A stretch of DNA of 64,000 nucleotides from Myxococcales bacterium (GCA_049841135.1 JASGHK010000008.1:339272-403271), one strand, 5' to 3'. Numbered from the stretch's first letter, positions 46,797 to 60,896 are shown. Made by a program: numbers and translations. Notes: generated from the sequence alone by a model not told the origin.

Positions 46797-47828
46797 ATGA
46801 GACTCCCGTGTGCTGCTGCGGCCCTGGCCGCGATGCTCCTCACCCTCGCCGCGCGGCCCGCGGCGGCCCAGGACGAGAACCCCTGGGCCAAGGGCGTCAG
46901 CCCCGAGGCGCAGAAGACGGCGCTCGCGCTCTTCCGCGAGGGCAACGCCGCGCTCAAGGACGGCGTGTTCGGCGACGCCGCGGCCAAGTACCGCGAGGCG
47001 CTGGGCCACTGGGACCACCCGGCCATCCACTACAACCTGGCCCTGAGCCTGCGCACCCTGGACCAGCCCCTCGAGCAGCGCGAGCACCTGGTGGCGGCGA
47101 TGAAGTTCGGCGCCGACCCGCTCGACGCCGCCAAGTTCGCCAACGCCAAGCTGATGCTCGAGCTGGTGGAGCGGCAGCTGGCGCGCGTGCAGATCCGCTG
47201 CGACGAGGACGGCGCCCAGGTGGTCATGGACGGCAAGCAGCTGTTCACCGCCCCCGGCCAGTTCGACGACTACGTGCGCCCCGGGCCGCACTCCCTGGTG
47301 GCCACCAAGACCGGCTACCTGACCTACCAGGTCTCCAAGGCCCTGCCCTTCGGCGAGGCGTCGACCTTCGAGATCAAGCTGTTCAAGGCCGAGGACCTGA
47401 CCAAGTACAAGCGCCGCTGGAGCCAGGCGGTGCCCTACGGCGTCCTGGCGGCGGGGCTGGCGGTGGGCTTGGCCGGCGGCGGCCTGCACTACGGCGCCAA
47501 GGCCAGCTACGAGAGCTTCGACAAGATGGTGGAGACCGGCACGGGCGGCCAGCCGGGGATGATCCCCACCGCGGACCTGACCGCCAAGCGCTCGCAGGGC
47601 GACGCGATGCAGGGCATCGCCGTCGGCTGCTACGCGGTGGGAGGCGCGGCGGTCGTCGCCGGCGCCGTGCTGCTCTACATGAACCGCCTCATCCCCTACC
47701 AGGACACCGCACCCGCCCCCGACGCCCCCAAGGGCGACGAGAAGCCCGCCGAACCGGCGCCGCAGCTCTCCGTCCTTCCGCTCCTGGGCCCCGACGGCGC
47801 CGGCGTGTCGGCCACCATCCGCTTCTAG
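46797..47828 (+). CDS. secreted hypothetical protein with C-terminal TM anchor
   Basis: RBS ggagg 6 nt before the atg at 46797. Signal peptide MRLPCAAAALAAMLLTLAARPAAAQ. TPR-like helix pair, then a beta domain, then a TM helix near the C-terminus. Confidence 0.5.
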   Translation: MRLPCAAAALAAMLLTLAARPAAAQDENPWAKGVSPEAQKTALALFREGNAALKDGVFGDAAAKYREALGHWDHPAIHYNLALSLRTLDQPLEQREHLVAAMKFGADPLDAAKFANAKLMLELVERQLARVQIRCDEDGAQVVMDGKQLFTAPGQFDDYVRPGPHSLVATKTGYLTYQVSKALPFGEASTFEIKLFKAEDLTKYKRRWSQAVPYGVLAAGLAVGLAGGGLHYGAKASYESFDKMVETGTGGQPGMIPTADLTAKRSQGDAMQGIAVGCYAVGGAAVVAGAVLLYMNRLIPYQDTAPAPDAPKGDEKPAEPAPQLSVLPLLGPDGAGVSATIRF

Positions 47829-47841
47829 GAGACGAACGACC

Positions 47842-50800
47842 ATGCGAACCGCACAGACCTACCGGATCGTCGTCGCCACCCTCTTCGCGCTCGGCTCCCT
47901 GACCGGCCTGGCCGGCTGCTTCCAGCCCGCCTCCAAGACCTGCGACAACGGCAACTTCTGCCCGCCGAACATGCGCTGCGTCTCCAAGGACGGCTTCGAC
48001 CTCACCCACAAGATCTGCGTGAGCGAGGCCTGCGGCGACGGCGTCATCCAGCGCGACCTGGGCGAGGAGTGCGACGACGGCGAGGAGACCGCCACCTGCA
48101 CCTCGCTGTGCCTGAAGTCGCGCTGCGGCGACGGGCACCCCAACTCCGCCGCCGGCGAGATTCTGCGACCCGGGCGAGAAGGGCGAGACCTCGGAGTGCA
48201 CCGCCAACTGCAAGCTCTCCTCGTGCGGCGACGGGTACGTCAACAAGGCCCTCAAGGCCGACGGCGTCACCCCCACCGAGGAGTGCGACGACGGCAAGGA
48301 GAGCGCCACCTGCACCAAGGACTGCAAGGTCTCCACGTGCGGCGACAGCTACGTCAACAAGACCCTGGTCAACGGCAAGCCGGTCGAGGAGTGCGACGAC
48401 GGCGGGGAGACCCCCACCTGCACCAAGGACTGCAGGACCTCCACCTGCGGCGACGGCTACATCAACAAGGCCGTGGGCGCGGACGGCAAGCCGACCGAGG
48501 AGTGCGACGACGGCCAGGAGACCCCGAACTGCACCAAGGACTGCAGGGTCTCGGTATGCGGCGACGGCTACCCCAACAAGTCCCTCAAGCCCGACGGGAA
48601 GGTCGCCGAGGAGTGCGACGACGGCCAGGAGACCACCATCTGCACCAAGGGCTGCAAGGTCTCGTCCTGCGGCGACGGCTACATCAACAAGGCCCTCAAG
48701 TCCGACGGCAAGCCCTCCGAGGAGTGCGACGACGGCCCCAACGGCTCGGCGACCTGCACCGCCCAGTGCACCGTCTCCTTCTGCGGCGACGGCAAGACCA
48801 ACTCGCTCGCCGTCCCCAAGGAAGACTGCGACCCGGGCGCCCCCGGTGCCGAGACCGCCATCTGCAACAAGGACTGCACCCTCTCCCAGTGCGGCGACGG
48901 CAAGCTCAACAAGGCCCTGCGCCCGGACGGCTCCGCGGAGCAGTGCGACGACGGCCCCAACGGCTCGGCCACCTGCACCGTCAAGTGCACCGTCTCGGCC
49001 TGCGGCGACGCCGTGGTCAACTCGCTGACCGTGCCGCCCGAGGAGTGCGACCCCGGCGCGCCCGGCGCCATGACCCACCAGTGCAACGACAACTGCACCA
49101 CCGCCTCCTGCGGCGACGGCAAGGTCAACCCCAACCACCTGGTGGCGACCTCCGGCGGCTCGCACCCCGAGCAGTGCGACCCCGGCGCCGCCGGCGAGAC
49201 CGCCAACTGCAACTCCGACTGCACCTTCGCCAGCTGTGGCGACGGCGTCGTCAACAAGCACACCGTCCCGCCGGAGGCGTGCGACCCCGGCTCGCCCGGC
49301 GTCGACACCGCGCTCTGCAACAAGGACTGCACCGTGGCGCGCTGCGGCGACGGCTACGTCAACCACGAGCTGGGCGAGGAGTGCGACGAGGGAACCGAGA
49401 CGGCCAACTGCAACGGCCCGGCGGCAGGCGCGGTCGCCTGCCACTTCGCCAAGTGCCACGACGGCTACACCAACGGCCTGGCCGGCGAGAACTGCGACCC
49501 GGGCGGCACCGACCTGACCGAGAGCTCCACCTGCAACAACGACTGCACGACCTCGCGCTGCCACGACGGCAAGAAGAACGTCGCCGCGGGTGAGGCCTGC
49601 GACCCCGGCGGCACGAGCACCACCGAGACGTTCGACTGCAACAACGACTGCACCGCCCAGCGCTGCGGCGACTTCAAGCTCAACAAGGCCGCCGGCGAGC
49701 AGTGCGACGCCCCGATCAACTGCAACGACTGCAAGTCGGCCGACTGCGGCGACGACATCGTCAACCCGGCGGTGGGCGAGGAGTGCGACCCCGGCGCCGC
49801 GGGTGAGACCCCGACCTGCACCTCCAGCTGCAAGATCTCCAAGTGTGGCGACGGCTACCCCAACCATGCCCTGGTCGCCCTGACGGTCACCTGCACCAGC
49901 GCCCCCTGCGACACCGGCGACACCTGCGTCGGCGGCCTCTGCTACCGCCCCGCCGAGACCTGCGACCTGGGCCAGCCGGGCAAGGAGGACGCCACCTGCA
50001 ACAGCGACTGCACCTCCGCCGCCTGCGGCGACGGCACGCTCAACCGCGCCAACGGCGAGCAGTGCGACGACAAGCTCTGCGAGGACCACCTCAAGGCCTG
50101 CAAGGGCGACAGCGACTGCCGCGGCATCGGCGCCGGCGCGTGCCTGTCCGGTTCGGCCACCTGCAACGGCACCGCCGCCAACGCGCTGGCGTGCAAGACC
50201 AGCTACTGCGGCGACAGCTACACCAACGCGCTGGCCAGCGAGGACTGCGACCCCGGCCCGTTCTTCGAATCCGACGCCTGCAACTCGGACTGCACCCTCG
50301 CCCAGTGCGGCGACGGCAAGGTCAACCGCAAGCACGCGCTGGCCGGCGGCGGCTTCGAGGAGTGCGACCCCGGCGGCTCGGCCTCCGTCGACCCCACCAA
50401 GACCTTCCAGACCGCCGACTGCAACTTCGACTGCACCGCCTCGCGCTGCGGCGACTTCAAGAAGAACCTCGACGCCAACGAGGAGTGCGACGACGGGCCG
50501 CTGGGCTCGACCACCTGCACCACCGACTGCAAGCTCTCCAAGTGCGGCGACGGCAAGGTCAACCCCAAGGCCGGCGAGGAGTGCGACGAGGGCACCGCCA
50601 CCCCCAGCGCCCTGTGCAACAACAACGCGGCCGGGGCCATCAGCGCCAACGTGCAGTGCAAGCTGACCCGCTGCGGCGACGGCTGGCGCAACACCGCCAA
50701 GGAGGCCTGCGACCCCGGCGCCGGGCTCATCGAGAGCCCCAGCTGCAACTCGGACTGCACCAGCCACCAGTGCGGCGACAGCAAGCTCAACGTCGCCGCC

Positions 50801-53800
50801 GGCGAGCAGTGCGACGACGGGGCCACCGGGTCGTCCAAGTGCAACGGCAACGACTCCCTGGCCATCGCCGCCGGGGTGCAGTGCAAGTTCGCCCGCTGCG
50901 GCGACGCCTACACCAACGCCAAGACCTCGCCCGTGGAGCAGTGCGACACCGGAGGCGAGTCCACCAACTGCAACCGCGACTGCACCACCGCCTCCTGCGG
51001 CGACGGCAAGATCAACCTCGCCCGCCTCGAGCAGTGCGACGACGGCTCCGCCGGCAGCGCCACCTGCAACCGGCCCGGCGCGGTCAAGGCCTCCAACCCG
51101 ACGGTCAAGGTCGAGTGCCTCATCTCCAAGTGCGGCGACGACTACGCCAACACCGTCGGCAGCGCCGAGGCCTGCGACCCCGGCCCCACCGGCGAGTCCA
51201 ATGGCTGCAACCGCGACTGCACCGCCGCCACCTGCGGCGACGGCAAGGTCAACCTGACCCGCGGCGAGCAGTGCGACGACGGCGCCGGCGGCAGCGCCAC
51301 CTGCAACCGGCCCGGCGCGGTCAAGGCGGCCAACCCGACGGTCAAGGTCGAGTGCCTCATCTCCAAGTGCGGCGACGACTACGCCAACACCGTGGGCAGC
51401 GCCGAGGCCTGTGACCCCGGCCCCACCGGCGAGTCCACCGGCTGCAACCGCGACTGCACCGCCGCCACCTGCGGCGACGGCAAGGTCAACCTGACCCGCG
51501 GCGAGCAGTGCGACGACGGCGCCGGCGGCAGCGCCACCTGCAACCGGCCCGGCGCGGTCAAGGCCTCCAACCCGACGGTCAAGGTCGAGTGCCTCATCTC
51601 CAAGTGCGGCGACGACTACGCCAACACCGTCGGCAGCGCCGAGGCCTGCGACCCCGGCCCCACCGGCGAGGCCACCGGCTGCAACCGCGACTGCACGGTC
51701 GCCTCCTGCGGCGACAACAAGATCAACGTGACCCGCGGCGAGCAGTGCGACGTGGGCGTCAACGGGAGCGCGGCCTGCAACAAGAAGGGCGCGCTCACCG
51801 GCGGCGGCACCAACGTGGAGTGCAGGTTCTCCAGCTGCGGCGACGCCTACACCAACGGCCTGGCCGGCGAGACCTGCGACAACGGCACCTCCAACAACGG
51901 CAACGACAAGGACTGCCTGGCCAATTGCCTCGTCGCCAGCTGCGGCGACGGCTACCTGGAGACCAACGGCACCGCGCCGCACGAGACCTGCGACCAGGGG
52001 ACCGACAACGACCGCACCACCTGCCCGTACGGCTCGGTCTCCTGCACGTCCTGCCGCAGCAACTGCACGCAGCTCATCACCATCAACGGCGCCTACTGCG
52101 GCGACGGCATCGCGCAGACCGGGGAGTCCTGCGACAGCGGCAACAGCCTGGGTTGCGGCCTGTGCTCCGCCGACTGCCAGGACGTCCTCTCGGCAGCAGC
52201 CGCCAAGGGCTACGTCACCTTCCCCGACCGGTGGGAGCTCGACGGACAACATGCTGCTGACCCTCGACGACGGCATCAACGCACCGGTGGTCTTCCAGCT
52301 CGTCCAGAACGGCTCCACCTCGGTCGCCGCGCCGCGCGTCAAGGTGGACATCTCCGGCAGCTCCGGCGACAAGGGCAACGAGATTGCCGGGAAGCTGGTG
52401 ACGGCGATGGGCACGGTCTACGACCGCCTCCGCCTGAAGGCGACTGCGAGCAACAACGTGGTGACCGTCGAGAACGCCTTGACCGGCAAGTTTGGCAACC
52501 GGCCCATGTCGACCACCGACACCGACGTCCACCTCTACAACGACCTCGACAACGCCGACACCCTCAAGGGCGGGGTCGGCTACAGCTGCTCGGAGGGCGT
52601 GGGCTGCGCGGACAGCCGCGACTGCTTCCCCGGGACGGCCTGCGTCTCGAACATCTGCACTGACACCAGCTACAAGCTCACCGTCGTCACCGGCACCTAC
52701 CTCGGCCGCATCCAGGCCGACGTCGGCGCGCTCGACTGCGGCACGGTCTGCGACGACGACTACCCGGCCAACACCCTGGTGGTGCTCACCGCCTCGGTCA
52801 CCGCCCCCGCCACCTGGGGCGGCTGGGAGGCCGGCGGGCCGTGCGGCTCGGCCGGCACGGCCACCAAGTGCACGGTGACCATGGACGCCGCCAAGACCGT
52901 CCGCGGCATCTTCAACGGCGTCAACAAGTACCAGCTCACCGTCACCCGCAGCGGCCTCTCCGGCAGCATCAGCACCGGCGACGGCAAGATCACCGGGTGC
53001 ACCGGCACCTGCACCGCCGCCGACTACGCCGCCAACGCCTCGGTCACCATCACCGCCACCGACGGCGCGACCGACGTCTTCACCGGCTGGGCCGGCGCCT
53101 GCACCGGCACGGTCAACCCCTGCGTCCTGAGCATGGGCACCGCCGACAAGGGCGTCACCGCGACCTTCCTGCCGGGCGCCTCGCTCACGGTCGCCACGGC
53201 CGCCAGCCACGGCGGGCTGGGCACCATCACCACCACCGACGCGAAGATCAGCTGCGGGGCCGACTGCAGCGAGAGCTACACGGTCGGCACCGTGGTCCGG
53301 GTGAGCGCCAACGTGGGGACCAACTCCATCTTCAAGGGCTGGACCTCGACGCCGGCAGGGGTCTGCACGGCCAACCCCTGCGACCTCACCTTGAGCGAAC
53401 CCACCTCGCTCACCGCCACCTTCGAGCAGCCCGAGCTGACCGTCATCAAGGCCGGCGCGGGCAGCGGCACGGTGACCGGCGACGTGGGCGGCGCGCCCGA
53501 GGAGCTGAACTGCGGGGCGAGCTGCGCCCACACCTTCACGCTCAACGACACGGTGAGCCTGACCGCGACCGCCGACTCGGGCTCGCGCTTCGACGCGGCC
53601 ACCGGCTGGACGGGCGACGCCGCCTGCACCACCAACCCCTGCACGGTGAGCATGACCGCCGCCAAGAGCGTCACCGCCACCTTCATCAAGACCTGGACCG
53701 TGACGGTGCAGGTCACGGGCACCGGCACCGTCACCGACAACTTCTCGCACAGCTGCTCGAGCGGCAGCTGCCCCTTCGTCTACGACGCGCTCGCCGACGT

Positions 53801-53927
53801 CACCCTCACGGCCACGACGGGAGGCACCTTCACCGGCTGGGGTGGTGGCATCTGCACGGGCACCACGCCGTGCAGCCTCGTCGACCTCGCCGCCGACCAC
53901 ACCGTCACCGCCACCTTCAGCCCCTGA
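47842..53927 (+). pseudogene. giant (about 2030-aa) lipoprotein with about 40 Myxococcus cysteine-rich repeats and C-terminal InlB-B-repeat-like domains; two frameshifts in this sequence (about 48160, about 52245)
   Basis: Lipobox LTGLAGC. A recurring unit CGDGxxNxxxxEECDDGxxTxxCTxDC occurs dozens of times across frame 1 (47842-48160), frame 2 (to about 52245) and frame 3 (52251-53927). The C-terminal 560 aa contain repeated ...CGxxC...Y..GT.V.L.A....F.GW.G.C....PC.....A....TATF domains. Extra a in gagAttctgc; extra g in gacGgacaac. Confidence 0.55.
50990..51720 (+). repeat. near-identical 237-bp (79-aa) tandem repeats, about 3 copies, inside the giant repeat-protein gene
   Basis: The protein segment CGDDYANTVGSAEACDPGPTGES.GCNRDCTAATCGDGKVNLTRGEQCDDGAGGSATCNRPGAVKA.NPTVKVECLISK recurs three times with only 1-2 substitutions. 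Antisense mini-ORFs at 51142..51366 and 51379..51603 are identical except for 2 residues. Confidence 0.6.
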
Positions 53928-53935
53928 GCGACCCC

Positions 53936-54958
53936 ATGATCCGAACGCTTCTCTCCTCGGCGCTGGCCGTGTGCCTGCTGACCGTGCTCACCCTCCCGGG
54001 GGCGGCGCGGGCGGCCGGCACCTCGTCGGTCACCCTCACGCCGGTCTGCGTCACCAAGTCGGGCGCCTCGCTCTTCCTGGCCGAGCAGAGCGACGACTGC
54101 GCCGGTGCCACCCGGCGCTGCCGCGGGCTGCGCTGGAGCTGGGCGGCGCTGGGCAAGGCGTGGGAGTTCGAGGCGCTGGGCGAGGCGGCCGACGACGAAG
54201 CCGCCTCCCCGGAGAGCAACGCCGGCGCCGTCAAGCAGCTCTTCAAGGCCCCCGCGTCGGCCTCGCTTTCCTGCGAGCGCTACCTGAAGGCCCCCAAGCT
54301 GCGCGAGCCCAACCTCGCCGACTCGGACACCTTCTTCACCTACTCGGTCGAGCGGGGCGTGCTGGTGCTGCACTGGGCCGACCAGAAGGCGACCGTCGGA
54401 GGCGACGTGCGGCTCTCGCGGCTGTCCTGGTGCACCGCCAAGGGCTGCGCCACGCCGAAGGCGGAGGCCAGGGCCATCGAGTCCGGCTTCACCCTGGTGG
54501 AGAAGAAGGGCGGCAAGGAGCTGACCGCCGAAGCCCTGCCCGCCCTCTCCTTCGCGAGCGGCGCCGACGCCGTCCTGGGCTTCGCCGAGCCCTCGCAGGG
54601 GAGCGGCGACACCGGCTTCGTGGTCCTGCAGGTCCCTGAGGCGCGGCTGCGCGAGGCGCAGGCCAAGCTGCTGCACCAGGACGCGCAGAAGCTGCTCGCG
54701 AAGTCGGGCGACCTGCTCTCCGAGTCCAAGGCCGCAGGGCTCCTGGACGCCTCGCTGCAGCTCAACGGCGCCGACGCCGAGGCGCGGCTCGACTACGCGC
54801 GCATCCTGGCGCGGCAGGGCGACGCCGTCTCGGCGGTGCGCGAGCTCGAGAAGGTTCGGTCGACCAAGGACCTCAAGTCCAAGCTCGACTCGGACAAGTC
54901 CTTCGTCCCGGTCAAGGGCAAGGACGCGTACAAGAAGTTCTTCGACAGCCTCAAGTAG
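53936..54958 (+). CDS. secreted hypothetical protein
   Basis: 340 aa from MIRTLLSSALAVCLLTVLTLPGAARAAG (signal peptide). Start derived by codon count from the ORF end. No family recognised. Confidence 0.5.
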   Translation: MIRTLLSSALAVCLLTVLTLPGAARAAGTSSVTLTPVCVTKSGASLFLAEQSDDCAGATRRCRGLRWSWAALGKAWEFEALGEAADDEAASPESNAGAVKQLFKAPASASLSCERYLKAPKLREPNLADSDTFFTYSVERGVLVLHWADQKATVGGDVRLSRLSWCTAKGCATPKAEARAIESGFTLVEKKGGKELTAEALPALSFASGADAVLGFAEPSQGSGDTGFVVLQVPEARLREAQAKLLHQDAQKLLAKSGDLLSESKAAGLLDASLQLNGADAEARLDYARILARQGDAVSAVRELEKVRSTKDLKSKLDSDKSFVPVKGKDAYKKFFDSLK

Positions 54959-54991
54959 GCCCGTAGCAGCGCCCTCGGAAGGGGTGGTTCC

Positions 54992-57319
54992 ATGAAGACG
55001 TTCTCCTTTTGGCGGGCGGCGGTCGCCGCGGCCTGCCTGCTCTCCTCGCTCCTGTGGGCCGGCACCGCGACCGCGCAGTGCCACGGCACCATCGCGCCGT
55101 ACGACGCCTGGGACGGGCTCACCGACTGGAAGAGCCAGTTCAAGACGGGCCCCAGCACGCTTTCGGTGTTCGACAACGGCAACCAACTCCTCGTCGGCGG
55201 CACGAGCAGCTACGGGCTGATGCTGCTGACCAACCCGCTCGCGCCCTTCCCCTCGAAGAAGGAGGACCTGTCCACGCACCAAGATTGCACCGGTAGCTCC
55301 AGCGACTGCAAAGTCATTGACTCCGCAGGGGCGGCGGACGGCTCGTACTTCCTTCTGGGCACCAACGGCTGGGGCCTGGGGGCCTGGGTCTTCAAGCTCT
55401 CCAACGGCACGTACGTCCCGACAGGCCACTTCGACCAGGAAGCCGTCACGGCCGTCGGCGTACACACCACCGGGGCGCGGCACCTGGGCATCTCCAAATC
55501 GGCGATGGCGCCGCTACGCGGCCCCATCGCCGCGGACCTGGACGCGAACCCGGGCAGCCTTGCGACCGCTCTGGCGACGGAAGCCGCCGGCGGCGTCAGC
55601 CAGGCCGTCAGCCCGATCGTCTCCGCCGGGCCCTACATCGTGATGAACGACGGCGCCAACATCTGGGTCGTGAAGGCCGACGAGACGTCCATCGGCGCCT
55701 CGGTGCCAGGCTTGTCCTCGGGGCTGCAGACGCAAAAGATTCAGCACATCGCACTCAACAACAGCGGGGGCGCCGAGTCGATGTCGTCCTTTGCCGTCGT
55801 GGTGGACCCCACCGACAGCTCGCCAACACCCCGGGTCTACCTCTTCACCCGCTGGAAGCACATCCTCAACCACACCTTCACCTTCCGGCTGCACGTGATC
55901 GATTCGAGCGGCCCGACCCTGGTGGGAGAGCACACGCCCGGTGGCATGTGGGGCATGGATAGCAACGGCGCCGGCCCCGAGATCGCGGCGTTGACGGTGG
56001 GAGGCCAGGCCGTGTTCCTCGGCTGGGCCGCGGACGGCGACTCGCTGAGCGGCACGGCTCCGACCACCCTCGCGCTCCTCTCGTTCACCCCCTCGACGAT
56101 GTCGCTCCCGATCGTCACCAACTACGACCGCCTCCAGTCTCCGCTCAAGGTGGTGGCGCGGATGGCCGTCCGCGCCGGCACCAACGACGCCCAGGTCTAC
56201 GTCAGCACCGACAAGTCACTGGTGGTCCTCCCGCTCACCTGCACGGGCCAGGTCACGGACGCCGGCATCATCACCCCGCCCATCGACGGCGGCACCATCT
56301 CCAGGCCCGACGCCTCGACGGTCCCGCCCGACGCCGGCTGCCTCAGCGGCACGGCGTGCACCTCCGCCGACGGTTGCCAGACCGGCAAGACCAACTGCGT
56401 CGGCGGCGTTGCCTCCTGCGGCAGCCTCGTGAACAAGACCGACGGCACCGCCTGCGGCGCGGGGGGCCAGTGCCAGGGCGGCCAGTGCATCGTCTGCCAT
56501 GAAGGCGAGGCGTGCGATGGCCCCGACGGCTGCACCGAGGGCGTGCTCTCCTGCGCCGGCGGCCCCACCTGCACCTCGCTCTCGCCCAAGGCGGACGGCT
56601 CCGGCTGCGGCACCAACAAGGTCTGCTACCAGTCGCAGTGCGTGACCTGCGTCGCCGGCGGCAAGTGCACCTCGGTGGACGGCTGCCAGACCGGGAAGGT
56701 CAACTGCTCGACCGGCCAGCCCGCCTGCGGCGCGCCCTGGACGAACGAAGCGGACGGCACCCTCTGCAGCAGCACCGGCAAGTGCCAGAGCGGCGTCTGC
56801 TCGACCTGCAGCCCGGGCGCCGCGTGCTTCTCGGACAACCACTGCCAGAAGGGCACCATCGCCTGCTCCGGCGGCGCGGTCTGCAGCGGCCTCAAGAACG
56901 TCGCCGACGGCACCGCGTGCCCCGGCGGCCTGTGCAACGCCGGCGCCTGCATCGCCTGTGTCGCCAACCTCCCCTGCGAGACCGCGGACGGCTGCGCCAG
57001 CGGCGCCACCAACTGCAACAGCGGCACCGTCAAGTGCGGCAACCTGATCTTCAAGCCCAACGGGAGCGCGTGCGAGGGCGGCGTCTGCTCCAACGGCATC
57101 TGCAAGATCCCCGCGGACGCCGGCGTCCGGCGAGACGCCTCGATTGCGGCCGGAACGGACGCCGCGGCGCCGGGCGAGGACGCGGGCACGGTGGCGAAGG
57201 CCGACACCGGCGGGGGCCAAGTCCCGGCCCAGGGCTGCGGCTGCCAGAGCGGCATCGGCACCGCCTGGAGCGCTCTCTTCCTGCTGACCGGGGCGACGTT
57301 CCTGCGGCGGCGGCGCTAG
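54992..57319 (+). CDS. secreted protein with six Cys-rich modules and MYXO-CTERM sorting tail
   Basis: Signal peptide MKTFSFWRAAVAAACLLSSLLWAGTATAQ. The C-terminal third holds six modules C..DGCQTGK.NC..G...CG.L.NK.DGT.CG..G.CQ.G.C..C. It ends GCGCQSGIGTAWSALFLLTGATFLRRRR (GCGC, hydrophobic stretch, RRRR). Confidence 0.7.
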   Translation: MKTFSFWRAAVAAACLLSSLLWAGTATAQCHGTIAPYDAWDGLTDWKSQFKTGPSTLSVFDNGNQLLVGGTSSYGLMLLTNPLAPFPSKKEDLSTHQDCTGSSSDCKVIDSAGAADGSYFLLGTNGWGLGAWVFKLSNGTYVPTGHFDQEAVTAVGVHTTGARHLGISKSAMAPLRGPIAADLDANPGSLATALATEAAGGVSQAVSPIVSAGPYIVMNDGANIWVVKADETSIGASVPGLSSGLQTQKIQHIALNNSGGAESMSSFAVVVDPTDSSPTPRVYLFTRWKHILNHTFTFRLHVIDSSGPTLVGEHTPGGMWGMDSNGAGPEIAALTVGGQAVFLGWAADGDSLSGTAPTTLALLSFTPSTMSLPIVTNYDRLQSPLKVVARMAVRAGTNDAQVYVSTDKSLVVLPLTCTGQVTDAGIITPPIDGGTISRPDASTVPPDAGCLSGTACTSADGCQTGKTNCVGGVASCGSLVNKTDGTACGAGGQCQGGQCIVCHEGEACDGPDGCTEGVLSCAGGPTCTSLSPKADGSGCGTNKVCYQSQCVTCVAGGKCTSVDGCQTGKVNCSTGQPACGAPWTNEADGTLCSSTGKCQSGVCSTCSPGAACFSDNHCQKGTIACSGGAVCSGLKNVADGTACPGGLCNAGACIACVANLPCETADGCASGATNCNSGTVKCGNLIFKPNGSACEGGVCSNGICKIPADAGVRRDASIAAGTDAAAPGEDAGTVAKADTGGGQVPAQGCGCQSGIGTAWSALFLLTGATFLRRRR

Positions 57320-57406
57320 CGCCCACTTCGGCTTCCGCTCGTCGAGGGCACAACCCGGCGGTCGTCTTCGCTCCCGTGCTGGACGGGCTCGCGTGAGGAG
57401 CATCCG

Positions 57407-58111
57407 ATGCCAGCCGAAGGAGCGGAATGCGCGGCGGTCGCCTGGCTGCAAGGCACGACGCACGCCGAGTACGAGGACGCCTTCGCGCTGCTCGTTCGGT
57501 CCACGCCCCGGGTTGCCGGCGCCGGTCGCGGCGAGGTCCTGGCAGTCTTCGATGGGGTGACGACGACGCCGATGGGACGGCAGGCAGCGCAGGAGATGGT
57601 CCGCCAGCTCGAGCGCTTCTTCCTCGAGCCGGACCGACATCCAGCGAACGAGGACGGGCTGCGGACGCTCTTGGCGCACGCCAACGACCTCGTCTCAGCG
57701 TGGCAGGCGCCTCCTCAGGTCGCCGGCGCCTGCGCGGGCACGGTGGTCTGGGTCAACGGCCCGTTGGCCAAGGTCTTCCACGCCGGTGACACCGGAGCCG
57801 TTCTGCTCCGTGGCAGCGCCGCCGAGCCACTCGTGGAGAGCGGAGCCAGAGGGGCGCCCCTGCGCCACTTCTTCGGCAAGGGCCCGCTGCTCTGCATGGC
57901 CGAGGCGACCGTCGCCCTCGATGAGGGCGACCTCCTGATGCTCTACTCCGACGGGCTTACCAAGACGTTCGAGCCCGCCGAGGCGGGCCGCCGCGCGATC
58001 GCGCTCCTCGCCGGTGACGCCGACCTCCGGAGCGCCGCTGAGGCGCTTGCGGGCGAGGCCCGCCGATGCGGCTCGCAGGACGACATCACCGTCGCCCTCT
58101 GGGCGGCCTGA
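57407..58111 (+). CDS. PP2C-family Ser/Thr phosphatase (SpoIIE-like)
   Basis: AVFDGVTTTPMGRQAA, GDTGAVLLRG, LLMLYSDGLT and GSQDDITVAL are PPM motifs. Confidence 0.75.
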   Translation: MPAEGAECAAVAWLQGTTHAEYEDAFALLVRSTPRVAGAGRGEVLAVFDGVTTTPMGRQAAQEMVRQLERFFLEPDRHPANEDGLRTLLAHANDLVSAWQAPPQVAGACAGTVVWVNGPLAKVFHAGDTGAVLLRGSAAEPLVESGARGAPLRHFFGKGPLLCMAEATVALDEGDLLMLYSDGLTKTFEPAEAGRRAIALLAGDADLRSAAEALAGEARRCGSQDDITVALWAA

Positions 58112-58144
58112 ACAGCCAAGAACGCCTCGCAAACACCAAAAGAA

Positions 58145-58173
58145 GCGCCGCGGCGATCTGCTCGCCGCGGCGC
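58145..58173. terminator. bidirectional terminator-like hairpin between convergent PP2C and pgk genes
   Basis: gcgccgcggcg atctgct cgccgcggcgc is a perfect 11-bp GC stem with a 7-nt loop. Confidence 0.4.
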
Positions 58174-58221
58174 CTCGATCCAGTCACGCCGGCACGAGGC
58201 CGGCGATCCGTCTAGCGCTGC

Positions 58222-60522
<2,301 letters not shown>

Positions 60523-60896
60523 TTACCTCGCGACTTTCCTTCAGGTTGTGGGAAGAAGACGCGCTGGATGCCTACCGCACTTTGGGCCCGCCTGACAACC
60601 GAGCGCTTGCCTGCCGAAACAGGTCGCCGTTCGGGAACCGAACGATAGGGGCGGCCGTCCAAAAACCCCAGCGGCGGCCACCACTTAGCCTGCCCCCCGA
60701 CGTGCCGCCCGGGGAACACTCGGACGCGCGCGAGGAGCCTGGCTTCTCACGCGGACAGCAAGGGTTGTCGGACGTGAGTCAAAAATGCGGCACTACGCTC
60801 GGCGGGCGGGCCGCGGCGCTCGCTCGGGTGGACGAAGTGGACGTCGTGGACTTGGGTGGACAAGGCCGCGGCACCGACCTCGTCGGCAACGTCTGG

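Noticed and set aside
50990-51720. Possible CRISPR-like regular repeats
   Set aside because: Repeat period is 237 bp with no unique spacers and it lies entirely in coding sequence. It is a protein-domain tandem duplication, not a CRISPR array.
48044-52414. 1456-aa minus ORF antisense to the giant repeat gene
   Set aside because: Monotonous AVAAGG product mirroring the sense-strand Cys/Gly repeats.
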